This document shows positions 12,790 to 26,696 of a stretch of DNA of 64,000 bases, in pieces. Below the pieces are notes generated by a model, which saw nothing but the letters and a program-made list of their open reading frames with translations, was not told the origin of the DNA and ran no database searches. Source of the stretch: Phoronis australis (Eukaryota > Animalia > Phoronida). The DNA is taken from positions 11,342-75,341 of the forward strand of contig NMRA01000033.1 in the NCBI GenBank assembly GCA_002633005.1. Reading direction: 5' to 3'. Both the position numbers and the translations under genes were made by a program. How positions within the stretch are numbered: the first letter of the stretch is position 1; every line of letters starts with the position of its first letter.

Positions 12790-14170
12790 GTCATCTTTTC
12801 CAACCCTCATCCCTCCCTTTCCGTCATGACGCTCTCTTACAGCTGTACGGCTCGTTCGGCAAGTCGGTTACTACTGTTCCATTCTGCGGTGAACAACTTG
12901 AATTATTGCGAGAGATACTGACTGCCACTGTCAGTAATTAACCGTTGAGGTACACCAAGTCTGGTGAAGTGCTTCTTCACCTTTAGAATAACATTGTTGT
13001 AAGATGTTTCGTTCAGACTGCCAATTCCATAGCAGCCAGAATAGGAGTCGACGCATTGTTCGCTATGCCATTCGAATATGTCGGTTGCAATGATACACTA
13101 GGAAGTCTTTGGAATTGGATACAATTTGAGAGGTTTCTATTGCTGGTATTTAACTGTGCTCTTGCATGTCTCACATCTTACATATTCCGTGGTCTGTTGA
13201 GACATCTATTGGCAGAATTTTTTTTTCTGTGGGTCGTCGCTTCAGTTTCGAAGTGTCCAGAATTTACCCGTTTTATGTATTCTGGTCGGAAAGCCTCTGG
13301 CACATAGATTCGGTTTCCTTTCAGAATGATACCACCAAACCATCGAATTCAGCAAATTCGCCTATTATGGCATACAATTCTCGAAGTTCTCTGTTGAGGT
13401 TTTGGTTGAGGGTGATGTCTCAAGGACGAACTTCCTAATTTGTTGATGTGTGCCGTTCTGGGCTCGAATAGCAGTTATTGCTGCGCTGAAGATTTTCGAC
13501 ATAGTGCTGCCTGTCATTGGTGGATAAACACGAGATAAAATAATCAACTACATGAGGTTCCCTGCCTTTCTGGTAAATAAGGTTGAAGTCAAAGGATCGA
13601 ACGTACCATAAGGAGCCGTTTTAGTCCTTCAGGGGCACAGGCAAGTGGTTTCCATACTACCGAGAACAAGGGCTAGCGATATGTTTCAATAGTGATGCGT
13701 TGAACTTCTGGCACGCACAGACTACAGTTAGCAACTCCTTTTCAATGTATGAATAACGATAGGCAAAAGCGACTGCTTTGCGTTCTTGCAGACGTGCTGC
13801 TGCCTGATGCATCACAAGTGAGCTTCACTTCCTTTTCTCTCTCCAAGTATGTCATTGTAGATGATTGGCTTACGGGTCTTTTTTGATCTTCTCAAATGAA
13901 TTTATCTGAGCAGTGTCCCAGATTCAAGCAGAGTATTTCTTCAGGGGGAGCACGTAGTTTACTGAAATTTGGTATGAACTTATTGAGAAATTTCACCATA
14001 TCCACAAATCGAAGACCGTCGCCCTTGTTTTGCAGTTGCGGCATATTCCGAATAGCTTCGACTTCGACGGGATCGAGGAAACTAAATAAAACTCTCATTG
14101 ATAAATGTCGATCACATTCAGAAAACGACTTTATGTGTGTTTTCAGGGAAGCCACTTGTGATTGGTGTGA
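12790..14170 (-). mobile_element. Decayed Ty3/Gypsy pol (end of RT, RNase H, integrase)
   Basis: VEAIRNMPQ...FLNKFIPNFS; LTCDASG, VAFAY, YIEKELL; FTRLGVPQRLITDSGSQY, SNRLAERAVQ. Order is RT-RH-IN. Confidence 0.85.
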
Positions 14171-15439
14171 TCATTTGTTTAATTTGGTCATTGGAAAGCT
14201 TCATTACACTTGAATTATGTTAAAATCCCTAAGCCCGTGTTATAATTCAACTCTGTTGTGTTAAAAAAGAACGATGTCTATATTCTCGACTCTGACTAAG
14301 TCATAAGCCATGACGGTCACATTCGATTCACGTGATTCAGTAGGATTCACATTGGGATTTGTCAGTAAACCTGTTTTCAATGCATTCTCAAGTTGTTATT
14401 TGGTCTCATGACTTCTGTGTACACGTACCTCAAACAATCATTTGTTGCCATGCTAAAAATTTGCTGATGACACCTCACCTCACGCTATTTGTATGCATAT
14501 TTGGCTCCATGTACGACGAGGCTGAAAAAAGCTTTTGCTTTCACAACACCAAAATCTAGAATTAGCTGAGAAAACAACATACATTTTCTGAAGATTCAAG
14601 AAAGAGTTTACTCTCTGTAGTAGTGTGGAAAAATTGAGTACTTATACCAATTGCAAAATTTCCCCGTACGCGGGAAATGTTTTCTAGGAATATCAGGCTT
14701 TTTAAAAACGTTAATAACTTCGTTTATTCGCAGTTTTGAGCTACGTAACCCAAAAACAGGGATCAGGGAGTTTTTTGAAACATTTATTCAATCTTACTCA
14801 CGGACAATATATACAAGCTGTAAAATTGACCTAGCGTGATTACGAACAATAAATTGATACTAGTTATGAATCGTAATCTATTTTGCCCGGGGTACGCCAC
14901 GAGCTATGTTGCAGAGTAAATAAAAAGGAGGATTGCGAATAATGTCATTTATTATGACGTAAATCGATAGAAGACTTTGGAAGATGGGCATGGACAAAAC
15001 GCCATAATGGCAACATGGGAATGCTGACATCGCCCATCCGAGGAAGTGTCACTCACATTCACCCTCGGCCACATAATATTTCAGTCTTCTGCAAAGACAA
15101 AAATCAAAGAACTATAGGGGTGCATCGAGTGTTGGCAACTTGCAATTGGCAATTTTTTGGAAAAATATTCTCAATTTTTCATTTAAATATTTCTGTTTTT
15201 GGAAATTGAAACATTGCAAGCATTTGAGTAATACTTTCCTACACTGTATAGTTGTTATTAAGTTCAAATTTTTTTATAATGTCCTTAATAACATTAAGTT
15301 TAAGACAACTTAACTTTTTGAATAATCCAATGAAATGAGGACCAAACAGACTGCACACAAGATCCTTTACCGACACCCACGTAATTGGAAATGAAATTGT
15401 GGTGGATCACGGGGAGCCGAGATGCCGTACTGAGCAGAC

Positions 15440-16200
15440 AAATCCACCTAATAAAACCATTTACAGAATTGGAAAATATACCAAATCAAATGCCTTCGCA
15501 AAATCTATCACCACTATTAGTTCACGAACATTGCGTGTTCACTATATTGCATAAGATCATAAATGTTACCAGTATTGTCCTCAAAATGTCAGCTCTCAAG
15601 AAATCCTTTTTGAGTTCCATGTAAGGGGGGATCAATTTTCAGTGCTAGGCGCTGAGCAAGACATCCAGATAAAATTTTGTAGCTGTTGTTGACGAGTGAA
15701 ATAAGGCGCCAGTCGATGATATATTCTCCACATTTTTCACCTTTTGGTAAGAGCTATATTTGGCTAAGCTTCATTAACAAAGCTATTATTAAATGAAGGA
15801 ATCAGAAATGAAGAAAAACTTACAAAACTCGACTGAGCAGCCGTTGGGACCAGGTGATTTGTCATTTTTCATATGTTTTATTACAGCTAAACCTTCCGTA
15901 ACAGATAGTGGTCCGTCGACTTTAAAACTATTTAGATCACTAAGTTTTCGTCTTTCATTTTTATTAACAACAGTTTCCGAGTCTAAAATGTCATCTGTAC
16001 TTGAATTAAAAACTTTGAAAAACTGCTAATATATGAAAGAAATACCTTCAGATTGTAAACTCATTCTCGTTGTGGACTAATTTAGTAATGTTTTTGTTGA
16101 CGAAGTTCCCTTTTTTCCAAAATTACTGAACTGTTTTGTCGGATTTTCCATGTAAACATTTTTGTTTGGATTATTCCGACTCCACGTGTCCGCAAGATTA
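15440..16200 (-). mobile_element. Decayed L1/Tx1 LINE ORF2 fragment
   Basis: HMKNDKSPGPNG (about 15840-15875), GTQKGFL (about 15600-15620) and IDFAKAFD (about 15485-15510). Confidence 0.8.
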
Positions 16201-16518
16201 ATTTGTGAAACAATATTTAAAATTTCTTACCTCGCTTGAGGGTTGTTGACGCGTACGTACCCGAGGCAGCCTTTGTTATAATCTTGGAATAGATTACAGT
16301 CGCCGCTCTGTCAAGTCCCGACATTATTAGAAAATGTCATTAAGAGGAGCTCATATTAAAGATGAAATGATAGAAAAGTATTGCATCTATGAGTGCATAA
16401 AGACACAAATAGAGTTTGGGACCTTATTCTTTGGCCATCGTCAGGTGTTCCTGCGTTCTTAGAAAAACGAGCAAGGATATGTGGTACACTCATCATGGTG
16501 TGATTTTTTATTATATAT

Positions 16519-16590
16519 TGTCCGAGGAAGGATTTGAACCCACGACTTCAGAAACTATAGGCATTTTGAGTCCAGCACCACGGAGTCATC
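16519..16590 (-). pseudogene. tRNA-Leu(CAA)-like pseudogene or SINE head, 3' portion
   Basis: Minus strand GCTGGACTCAAAA...GTCGTGGGTTCAAATCCTTCCTCGGACA has a B-box and a long variable region. The 5' half is not recognisable. Confidence 0.5.
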
Positions 16591-16739
16591 TATTCAATTT
16601 AATTATACTTAAACCTTCCTAAGTAAACTGAGCCAGGTGTCACTTGACTGTTTGCTTTTCTGACTGAAGACATTGCCTTGTACTTTCATGTACATTACTT
16701 TTGTCTTGGTCCAACCTGTTTCACTGTCTAGTATTCGGA

Positions 16740-17795
16740 TGTTATTCCAGTGGATATTGTGTTGTTTCGTCCACATGTGTTCCGCTACTCCTGATGAGGT
16801 ATTATCTTCTCTATAACACCTCTTATGTTCTCATCTCCAGTGGTCTTAACGTTTCACCGATATATAATTCAACACGTTCACATGGGATTTCATAGATGAC
16901 ATTTTTCTTTTTCCCATGTCAGTTCTTGGTTTGAATTTTGTCAGTGGCCGACCTAGTGGGTCTGAGCTGCGGTATACTGCTCTTACTTTAAATTCTTTGC
17001 ATATGCGTCCTAGCTTCTCGGTTATTCCGAGTATATTTGGCAAGCACATAGTCTGCAGTGGGCGTTCTTCTGTCACTTTTTCTTTTCTCTGCGATGTTAA
17101 AGCCGACTCGATGAAATCTCTTGGGTAGCCATTTCTTTCGAATGTGTCCGTCAGGTTGGTCATTTCTGCTTGGAGTGCTGTAGCACTGCAGATTTCTTTT
17201 GATCTTGATGCAAGGCATTTGATTACACCCTTCTTGACTCCTTTGGTGTGTCGAGGTATCGTCCTATGTGGGTCTTTTTATAGAAGACCGGCGCAGGAAA
17301 CTGTCCTTCAACACGAGTCACTAGTACGCCTAGGAATGTTGTTTGTCTCTTCTTCCATTGTGAATCTAATTGTAGGCGCTACGCTGATCAGATGGTCAAG
17401 GAACTGTGATGGATTTTATGAGTCTTGGCTGAATATTGTGAACGTGTCATCAACGTATCGTTTCCACATCTTTGGGGGTCTGTTAGCTGTGCTGAGAGCT
17501 GTTTGTTTGAAACACTCCATGTATAAGGTAGCCAAGACTGGTGATAGTGGTGAAGCCAGTGCTATTCTTTGTGTCTGCTCGGAGAACTTGTGTTGGTACT
17601 GGAAGTAGGTGGTATTGACACAGAATGTCACTAATTCCACAATAGAACCTATTGGGAGGTTTGCGTCCCCTGATGGCTTGTGGTCACGTTCTAATTTTAA
17701 GCTGAGTAATGGGAGAACCTCTGATTTTAGTACACTTGCGGATAGGTTTTCGACATCAAAGTTCACTATGGTGTCATTTGGTGTAATGCTGACAA
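16740..17795 (-). mobile_element. Penelope-like element, RT to GIY-YIG, decayed
   Basis: NFDVENL, SPLSPVLATLYME, MWKRYVDDTF, FERNGYP and YISVKR. Confidence 0.9.
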
Positions 17796-17799
17796 CACA

Positions 17800-18440
17800 A
17801 AGCTACCAGCTGCTGATACGGAAACCATACGTGTTAAATGTAGAGAAACACTTACCAAAGCCAAAATGCCAAGAGAACATCATTATGCTACAAGCTGACA
17901 ACTGAAAACTGTAAAAGGCACATTACCACGTGACACACTCCAGAGAATCAACCCAAACAAAACAAAAGCCCCGCAAATGTATGGTAAACCTAAGTTACAC
18001 AAACCTGATATGCCAATGAGACAAATTATAAGCAAAATTGGTTCTCCATGCCACCAATTAGCTAGATTCCTCGACAAATGACTCCTACGAAAAGGACTCG
18101 AAGCACTTTGTGTCAATGTTGTCATTAGTCAGCATTACTTCAAATGACACCATGGTGAGCTTTGATGTCGAAAGCCTATTCACAAGTGTACCAACATCAG
18201 AGGTTCTCCCATTACTCAGGTTAAAATTAGAACATACCCACAAGCCATCAGAGGATGCAAACTTCCCAATAGGCTACATTCTGGAATTAGTGACATTCTG
18301 TGTCAATACCACCTACTTCCAGTACGAAGACAAGTTCTACGAGCAGACACAAGGAATGGCAATGGGTTCACCACTATCACCAATCTTAGCATATCTTAGC
18401 TTACTTGTACATGGAGTGGTTCGAACAAATAGCTCTCAGC
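17800..18440 (+). mobile_element. Penelope-like RT N-terminal fragment, inverted relative to its neighbour
   Basis: PQMYGKPKLHKPDMPMRQIIS, SFDVESLFTSVP and YEQTQGMAMGSPLSPILA. Confidence 0.9.
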
Positions 18441-19771
18441 TCAGAAACTCTGTGATGACTACAGTGCTTTTCCTTCACGCGTATTTCAAACATCGTGAAT
18501 TTTGTTATTTATTCTGGAAATTTCCCCCAAGGGGAAAGTGAATAACCCTGTAGCAGACGTTCCGAGATGGCACTTTCATCAGGGATTGTTTAAAAGATCT
18601 TTTTGACGAGCTTTCGCTTTCCATGCCACATTAAGGAGCTTTAAGGATACAGAGGAAAATGTAGAAATAACAAAATTGCCACTAGACGACAGTCGGATCG
18701 CTTTAGAACTCGTATAAAATGCTGTCAGCTTCATAAGAATACATCTTACAAATCACATTAATACCGTACAAGGGGATTAGGATATTTACGACGTACGCCA
18801 GACGCCTGGTAGCCCCTGCAGAGATGACGACCATATGCGCCCACATATACTTTCCAATTTTGCACAATTTTCTGATCATATCGACAGGATTTAAAGATAA
18901 ATATCAAGGTGTTTACTAATTTGCACAATTTTAAACTTCAGAAACACAAAATGAACCGTTGTTAAAAGGGAAACGCCCTTTTTTGGGACCAAAAACGCAT
19001 TTTGGGATTACGGTTGGGTGGGATTGACTTCTTAAAGCTATTAATTTTGGCCAGAACAGTCAAGTCCGATATGTTTTCGTGAATCAATTACAGCAAGCCA
19101 ATTCTCACTGTTGCCTGGCAGGCACTCACTGGCATCATGGTCCGGATGATAAGGGTAATTCTACGTTCCATACCGCGCTAAGGCTGATCATAGATAATAA
19201 TTTTTCTCTTCAATAATGTAACTTTGTCTCTGTGAGATTTTCTAAAAATGGCGCCAGTTTGTACGGCGGTGGGGAACGACATGCTGGGTTTCATATTTAA
19301 TTACTTCACAAACTCTAGACGAAAATGAATTGGTACTTTTGTAGCACGTCGTCTTCTCTAAGGTCTACTTAATTATCATTTTCACGGATAATGGGATACT
19401 TCATTATTTCTGTTCAGATCGGGTAGCGGCAATTCCAAACTAATAACTTGTCCAACCGTGAAATAAGACACGACTATATCGAACCAAATAAAAGAAATGT
19501 AGCCGCAGTAATTATATCCCGGTGCATAATATAACTTAGTCATCTCGTAAGCATTTTACTTCTCTTGATATCATAACAAAAAGCAATGTCAGCTGCCAAA
19601 TATAGAGCATTCTCATAAAAAAAACGTCTCTGTGAAATCTCATTATACTGAGGGGATGTTGTTGGTGATAAAACTAATTCGGCAGATATTAGCAGTAGCG
19701 CGTAATGAAAATTATTAGATTCACAATAGATTAATTCGCTCCAAACGAGGCTCACTACGATAGCTCCGTTA

Positions 19772-19927
19772 ATGGCTTATCGGCGTAGTTGTGTTCCGCG
19801 TTGCTCGAAAGGCAATAGAAAAAATACGGACACTCAGCTGTCTTTTTTTACAATCCCTAAGGACGTTGAGATTCGGAAGCGTTGGGTCGTCGCTATACGC
19901 TGCGACGAAGGAAAATATTTTGTGTAA
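19772..19927 (+). mobile_element. THAP-domain exon remnant of a DNA transposon
   Basis: MAYRRSCVPRCSKG...LSFFTIPKDVEIRKRWVVAIRCDEGKYF, ending at a possible GT donor. It is too short to appear in the ORF track. Confidence 0.7.
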
Positions 19928-20078
19928 AATTTATAAATGTTCTCTAAACTTTTGACCACATTTTGTCGCATCTCGATTGCCGAGCATCATAGCAACGACC
20001 GGTGAAGTCTTCGACCAGCCACGTGTTTTCATGACTGCGGGTTGACACATGATGCATTTTTTTTCTTTCCAAAAAGGA

Positions 20079-20225
20079 CAGGGTCATCAATCCCTCGACT
20101 TAAGGGCCGAATATCGGCCCTATTTCTCTCTCAAAAATATTGAAAAACCACGCAAAATTCCCCCCACGAGGCCTAAATTTCCCCCAAAAGGGATTGAAAA
20201 TTTCCCCCAAAGTTCACATCACCTG
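20079..20225. repeat. Short MITE-like repeat; related segment at about 18460-18550
   Basis: CAGGGT...CACCTG ends and a shared AAATTTCCCCCAA motif. No TSD seen. Confidence 0.4.
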
Positions 20226-20639
20226 TAACCACACAGGTAACAATTTGAAAGAGCACAAAATGCTGCTTGAAACAGAGCCCATGAGAGCATGCAACAGGGC
20301 GGGGGTACTATTGATGGTGATCGGGAGGTAGATTTTCCCCCTCACTCAGCGAAAAAATTTCCCTCTAGTAAGGCACAGAGACCTTTTCCTTTGAACGAGT
20401 CCACTGAAGAAACATTTTTTCAATACGTCTATTTACCCAGAAAGCATATCGTTAGTGATGAGTAGATACGGCTTAGGGTGGGTTGCCCCAACTACATATC
20501 TTTACAACATACTAGAGGACAATACCTCATACAAGTAGAACAAAGAAGTATCTGGAAAATAACTTCTAGTGATTGGGCGGATAATTAACCGAGGGGGAGG
20601 GAAACGGGAAGGGGGAGGACTTTCATACACTCATTCACG

Positions 20640-22860
20640 CTCACATTCACACGGTTTAATATTAACTTATGTTTACATCTACGTAGGTGCATATTTATGA
20701 AAAGGTCGGTTTTCTTATATTATAATACAACAGAAGTGGTAAAAGATAACATCATATATTTTTTTAATCATTTTAAAGAGATGTCTGCGAAACCCTCCAC
20801 TGTTCTGAAGTTTATTGACTTCGCGAATTCTTTTTTGGTGATACCTAGTTGACACCACATGGATGAGTTTCGATCAACCAAAAATTTTCGTAATGAGGAT
20901 TCTGCCTTTTAGGGACAAATTTCATGTTTCCCAAATATTAAACATGTCAACGTCTTCCCCTTTTCCGTCAGAGTATGTTCCTAGACTTTTAATGAGCTTT
21001 TGGTGCCAGCTGATTCCGTAAAGTGGATTACGATTTCGGTGCATTGTTGAGGCAAACCTCTCTTGGCATTTTTCATAATTCGAGTGGAGTCCAGAGATAA
21101 TGTTCCAAAATAATGTAAAAATCTAAAACAGTTATTGCCAAATTCTACGTCTTTAATGAAAAGAACTGTATCGTCTGCATACTGTGCAATTTTAATTTCG
21201 TGATTGGGTATTGTGAAGCCTCTAATTAATTCATTGTTTCTGATATGATGTAACACCATTTCTGCACACAGGACGAACAACAGACTCGATGATAGTGGAT
21301 CTCATTGTCGAAGGCCTTTCTCTAAAAATATTGTTATGTTAATCTGTTGTTCAACACACATGACGAAATTCCAAAATACAATGTACGGATTCTATTGATA
21401 AAAAACGTTATCCAAAATTAAAAGCTTTTAAGGATTGAAATAAAAACTCCCACTTTACAGTATCGTACGCTTTGTTGAAATCGAGGAAGGGATGTATGAT
21501 CTGGATGAATCAAATTGTTAATGTATTTATATATTTTGTTTGCGATTCTTTTAGTTATTAATTTATAGTCACAGTTCAAAAAAGAGATAGGTCTCTAAAG
21601 ATAGTACGTAATTCCTCGGACTATTTACTTCTTGGGATTAAAGTGATTATGCCTTGTTTTTGAGAATTGGGCATGTAACCGTTTCCAAAGCTGTATGGGA
21701 CGCTCGCCAATAAATCGTGTTTAATTATCTTCCAAAAGATTTTATAAAATTCATAGCTGATGCCATCATTACCAAGCGTCTTATTAGGTTTTGTCTCGAA
21801 CAGAGATTCATACAATTCCTCTTCTGTTAGATATTTCTAACTCGTCAGAATCTGTAGGAGCTTTTTGTGTATTAAAAAGGTTGTTTGGATATGTCCTTTC
21901 TCCACTGCATTCTTCTTTATAGGAGTAAAGTTCTTTGTAATACTTCACTTGCATATTCCGTATGCTTGCTACATCATGTATAATTTTAACACCATCTTTA
22001 AGGGCGTTAATATGTTTTTGCTTGCTGTGGCGCAACTCTAGGTTTTTAAAGTTTTCTCCATTCTTGCCTTGTTCTGCCATAGCGCTTTTCTGCGCAGAAT
22101 CGAGCCCTTAAATTTTTGGGTCAGGATAATTTTCAAATCAATTGTGGCTTTTTGTAAAACTTTTTTCAATTTCTCTGAAGGGTCGTTTTCCACCTTGGAT
22201 GTCAAAGCGCTAATTTTTCTATTAAAACAATTTTATCAGAGCTTGGTTTCTTTGCAACCTCTTCTGTAAAGGAGATTGAATTTGTCCTTATTTCTTTAAT
22301 TCCCAAACTAAATTTTTGTCTTCAATATGTCGGTAATGACTACTAAAAAACTCGACACATTTAGTTATTTTGTTTATCCAATTAGTATCCTTTAAATTGC
22401 TAGTGTTACATTTCTAAAGACCATTACCTGTATTCGCATTTTCGGTTATTCCAAATTGTAAAGTAATGGCAGAGTGGTCTGAAAATACAGTCGTTAATAA
22501 TGGCAACGTCTTTAACAGCTACTTCTCTGGAAACTAGCCACATGTCAATTCTACTTTGGTATGAAATATTCTTATGCCTCCAAGTGTACTTTCTCACACC
22601 TGGGTTATTTTCACGCCATATGTCATAAAACTTGAAATTTGATTTAAAAAGTTGATGTTCTGTATTACCGGACTTTTCGTGGAGTCCATTAGTTTTCCTT
22701 TCTTGTCTATGTCCGTGGCAGCGCAGCTAAAATCACCAGCACAAAGAATACTTTGGTTGCTTACAAAATTATGGAGTTCTAAAAAATAAAAGATAGTTTT
22801 AATAACATCAATCATTCTTGCAGATCAATGACAAATCAACTGTTAGCCCTGGTATTCCCT
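20640..22860 (-). mobile_element. Decayed L1/Tx1 LINE ORF2 (endonuclease + RT)
   Basis: ILCAGDF, YTWRH, SRIDMWLVS, FSDHSAI, KTLGNDGISYEFYKIFW, GIITLIP and IAQYADDT. Confidence 0.9.
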
Positions 22861-24754
22861 ACCTCACTACCAGAACCTAGACTATGTTTGATGTTAATAC
22901 ATTGTAATATTGATGCTATTTTGGTACCGCTGTTTAAACAGGGAATGTCAACTACTCTAATGATGATAGATGATTGTCCCTTCTGTAGGTGACCGGAAAA
23001 GTCTTGTTAAAATTTCAAATGTGCGCCTTTCTGATTGGGCTGTGGAGAAAAATAAATTGTAAGAATGCCAAGCAGGGTTTCCGAAAGGAATGTAGCACTG
23101 TCAACCAAATGATTACATTTAGTCTAGTTGCCAAAAAGTTGCCCCTGTAATGTTGTTTACTGTAAAGTTTTCTTTTGGAAGTTTGTTATATGTGGTTAGG
23201 AGAAATTAACTTGAGCATTTTTTATAATTCAAGATGGCGGCTTCCGCCTAATTTCCACACTCTGAACATGATGCTGTGTAGGATCTTGGAATTCATGGTT
23301 TCCAATGTTTTTTGGGATGGAGAGTCCATTTCTGATATTATTTTATGGATTCAATGTCAAAGTCAAGGTCAAATGAGAGGTCAGAGGTCACGTTGAACTG
23401 AAACAAGGAAAATTCATCTCTTTTGCGCGACGAAATGGAAGTTTATGGGAAATGTGAAATAATCATTTCTGTGATTCCATTATATCAACAATAAGGGATA
23501 GCTAAATACTGGAATAAGATATCCCCCCAATATCTCAATAATTAGTTTAAAAAATTGTTATACCAAACCTACCCATGACGCTCAGGAAGGCCCATCGCAC
23601 TGATCACCTTGGACCATCTTTATGCTTTATTAGTTGAAAGAGAGCTAAGGAATCTAGGGACTTGACTCAAGCGACCAGCAGTGTGTCCCGTGTAACTCGA
23701 AAACACAACCTTGAGTAGAGGAAGGACACTATGCCACACTGCCTCCTCATGAGTGAATAGGGGTATGTGTTTAGATTGCGAGTAATCCGTGCAGGGTACG
23801 TATACGTAGACTGGGATGGGCACTATTATTAATCCATGGAAAACTAATAAACTATGACTTCTAGAACTATAAAATAATGTAAATTCCCCGACTTTGCGGA
23901 GCCGCCTGGCTTCTTCTAGACGGGAATTGGTGACTCACTGATTCTCGAGAAAATTTGCGTCGGTGTTCATAGAGAACAGCTTCAAGGCAATGGACCACGA
24001 GCCACTGACTGCGATAAGTTCAACTTGACACCTCCTTGTTTACTCAGAGGGGGGTTATTAGAGTCTCTACCAGCTCTTTCAAACCAAGAACTAGTCTCTG
24101 TCCAGTATCCTCACGTCTTGTGACCTCTCATGTTGGCGGCACTTGTTCAGGTCAAATCTCTGAAATGTTCCATTATGTCCAAAATACTACTATTCCACTT
24201 CTCCATTTGAGTCTTGGCGTCTACTGGCATATTTGGCGTCCCATAATTCAAGAGCTTGGGGACGTCAGTGTTGCCACAAGTGTTTCTGATGGTGCGGGTG
24301 CCTTCTTCCACAACTTTCAGCATTTACTTATACAACTTCTGCTTCAGCATGTGTAATTACACAGTGTCACTTCTTGACCCGCTCGATGTTGAATAGGAGG
24401 GAATAGCTTCATAAACATAGAAAGTTGTTTGATATGGCGTTATTCAGAACATTGTAGCGGCAAAAGGGGTGTTTGGGAACAGGGGTTAGCATGACTTCCT
24501 CAAAATTTGCTCACATTATCGTCTCATGGTTCTTTGTGTAGGAATCTCTGTGGTCAAGTTTTTCAAACCTAATAATTGTTTCACAAGATGGAGGATAGGG
24601 GGCTAGTAGAGTGACGAGGTTAAATCTCCTGTAGTTCTGGAAACACTCCAAGCAACCTGCTAGAAAAGCTGGACAACAGCAACCAACACCACCTCTGCAG
24701 CAGAATGATTTGGGACATAATGCAAAGAGATATGACCAAAATGGCATTTTCATC

Positions 24755-25110
24755 CTTCTTCAGACTGCTAAAAAGATATATGGAATATCACGCAACAGAT
24801 AGGATTCCATTTCAAAATCAATTTTAAATGAGAAATATGTATTAAATTTTGAGCTATTCTCCACAGCAAAGCTCCAGTCTTGTAAAAAACAATCTTTAAT
24901 TTGCTGCTCAAAAAGGACAAGAAACGATGCTTCGCAGCCAACTCCCTGATTGTACCATACCAAACCAAAACCTTACCTTTGCAGCAAATTCCTAACAGAT
25001 GAAGCCCAATTTTTCCTACCAGCCTCATCCAATGTGACAAGCTTGTCATAGACAGATTTTGGATTTCGATGTGCTGGCATTTTTAACAATTTAAACCAAT
25101 ACTTGATCAG
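24755..25110 (-). mobile_element. RTE-X-like LINE C-terminal fragment nested in the Academ element
   Basis: IKYWFKIV...VWYNQGVG...QIKDCFLQDW, paralogous to 29310-29560. Confidence 0.7.
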
Positions 25111-26452
25111 TTTAACAAACAGTTTTACATAAGTTGGATACCTTCCAAAAATTGAATGAAAAATCAGCTATGTTAATGTTATATTGCTGCTTTAGGACAA
25201 TTGAACAGCGTCTCAACGCCATGGCCTTCCCTCGACAGTACAGGCATTTTGACTTCTTCTTAATTGCTTTGTAACATTCACTGCTTACCAAAACTAAAAA
25301 TCTGACTTCCCTGCTCATGCCCAATGACCAGCTCGTTCTGGAATCTACTTGGCGATTGCAGATGTTATGGAGATATGACTCCTGGTCAGTGAGCGGGTGT
25401 CTGTGCTTCTCTGTCTCCTCCACAGTCTTTCTCTAGTCATCCTCGTCCACGTCCACTACTCCCTTCTTGTACTTAGTCTTTTCCTGTCACTCCACTACGT
25501 GACCTTTGCTCTTCACCACTTTCATTCCACATGATTTATGTTCTCCATAACAGCATCAAGGTCGGCACACCCACTGAAACTCTTTAACCACATGACCGCT
25601 TTATTGCTCGGCTCTCATTAAAATGCCCCTGAACCCTTTACTCGTTTGATATACAGTATGCCTGTTCTTCGAATTGGTCGGATGGTACTACAGTCTTGTC
25701 ATCCAAGCGTTAACAGCTGTGCACAGCTTCGAGTAGAACTTTTTGACATTATTTTACAGGTGCTCCATACCCTGCAAACTTCAATATAAAGTTCGAAAGA
25801 ATTCTGTCAAGCGGCAAAACTTGGTATAAACTTCTTTCCAGAAAGGTCTGGCACCTTAGTTGAACACTTATCGTACGTTTGTTGAACTTTTGTCGTAGTT
25901 TAAGTTGACGTTATTGCGCCTAGCCGTTTATTGTTTATGAATGGAGTTACGTGCAAATTGTGAAAATTAAGACAACGTACATGGAGGCGCTATCGTATTC
26001 TCGTCGAAAAGAATTTCCGCGTTGTTTGGATTATTTTGAAAACTGCTACACCAGTGCAGGTACCGCATACAATTATGGTGACCTGCTACGAAGAAATATG
26101 CCAACATCTCCTTGAGACAGGGTTGTTGAAGGACCATCTTTAGGTAAACCACCAGCTCTTCACAAGACTTGGCCCCATTTGAAGAGACACTGAGTAACAA
26201 GATGGCTGTGATGAGATTGTATACCTACAGAGCATCGGTTCTAGCCTTTTCGTTGACTATACTGGAGTGTAACAGGTTAATACTCCGATACCCCATGCCA
26301 CCACTCAAAAAATAGCTACTCCGAAAGTACACTACTCCGGACAATTAAGTGCAATGACTTATTTCTGCCATTATTACTGTCTTTGTAGTTAACAACTCTT
26401 GTATCCCATCTTCTTTTATGTTCGCTTGATCCAGAGAAAATGTATCATATTA

Positions 26453-26696
26453 CATGCGCGCACCCAAGGGGGGCTCGGGGGCTCAAACGAGCCCCCCATT
26501 TGGCGAAGTGGGCAAAAACGTCCACCTCAAAACAACAAAAAGTCCGAGAAAATGAGACAAACGTCCACTAAAAAGACGCCAATGCACAATTCACAGCCCT
26601 GAACGTGATATCCCGTTTTAGTCACATGTTTTTGTTTGTAAAAGGTCCATATTGCCAAAAATTCCAGCTCCCATATTTTAGACTAGGATGCGCATG
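26453..26696. mobile_element. MITE, CATG-terminal family (copy 3) with 5-bp TSD
   Basis: CATGCGCGCACCC...GGATGCGCATG, flanked by TATTA at 26448-26452 and 26697-26701. Confidence 0.75.

Noticed and set aside
14886-16268. CCCGGGGTACG / CGTACCCGAGG as TIRs
   Set aside because: The match is short and imperfect, with no TSD.
17144-17608. Longest ORF in the track (154 aa, +)
   Set aside because: It is the antisense shadow of the Penelope RT on the minus strand.
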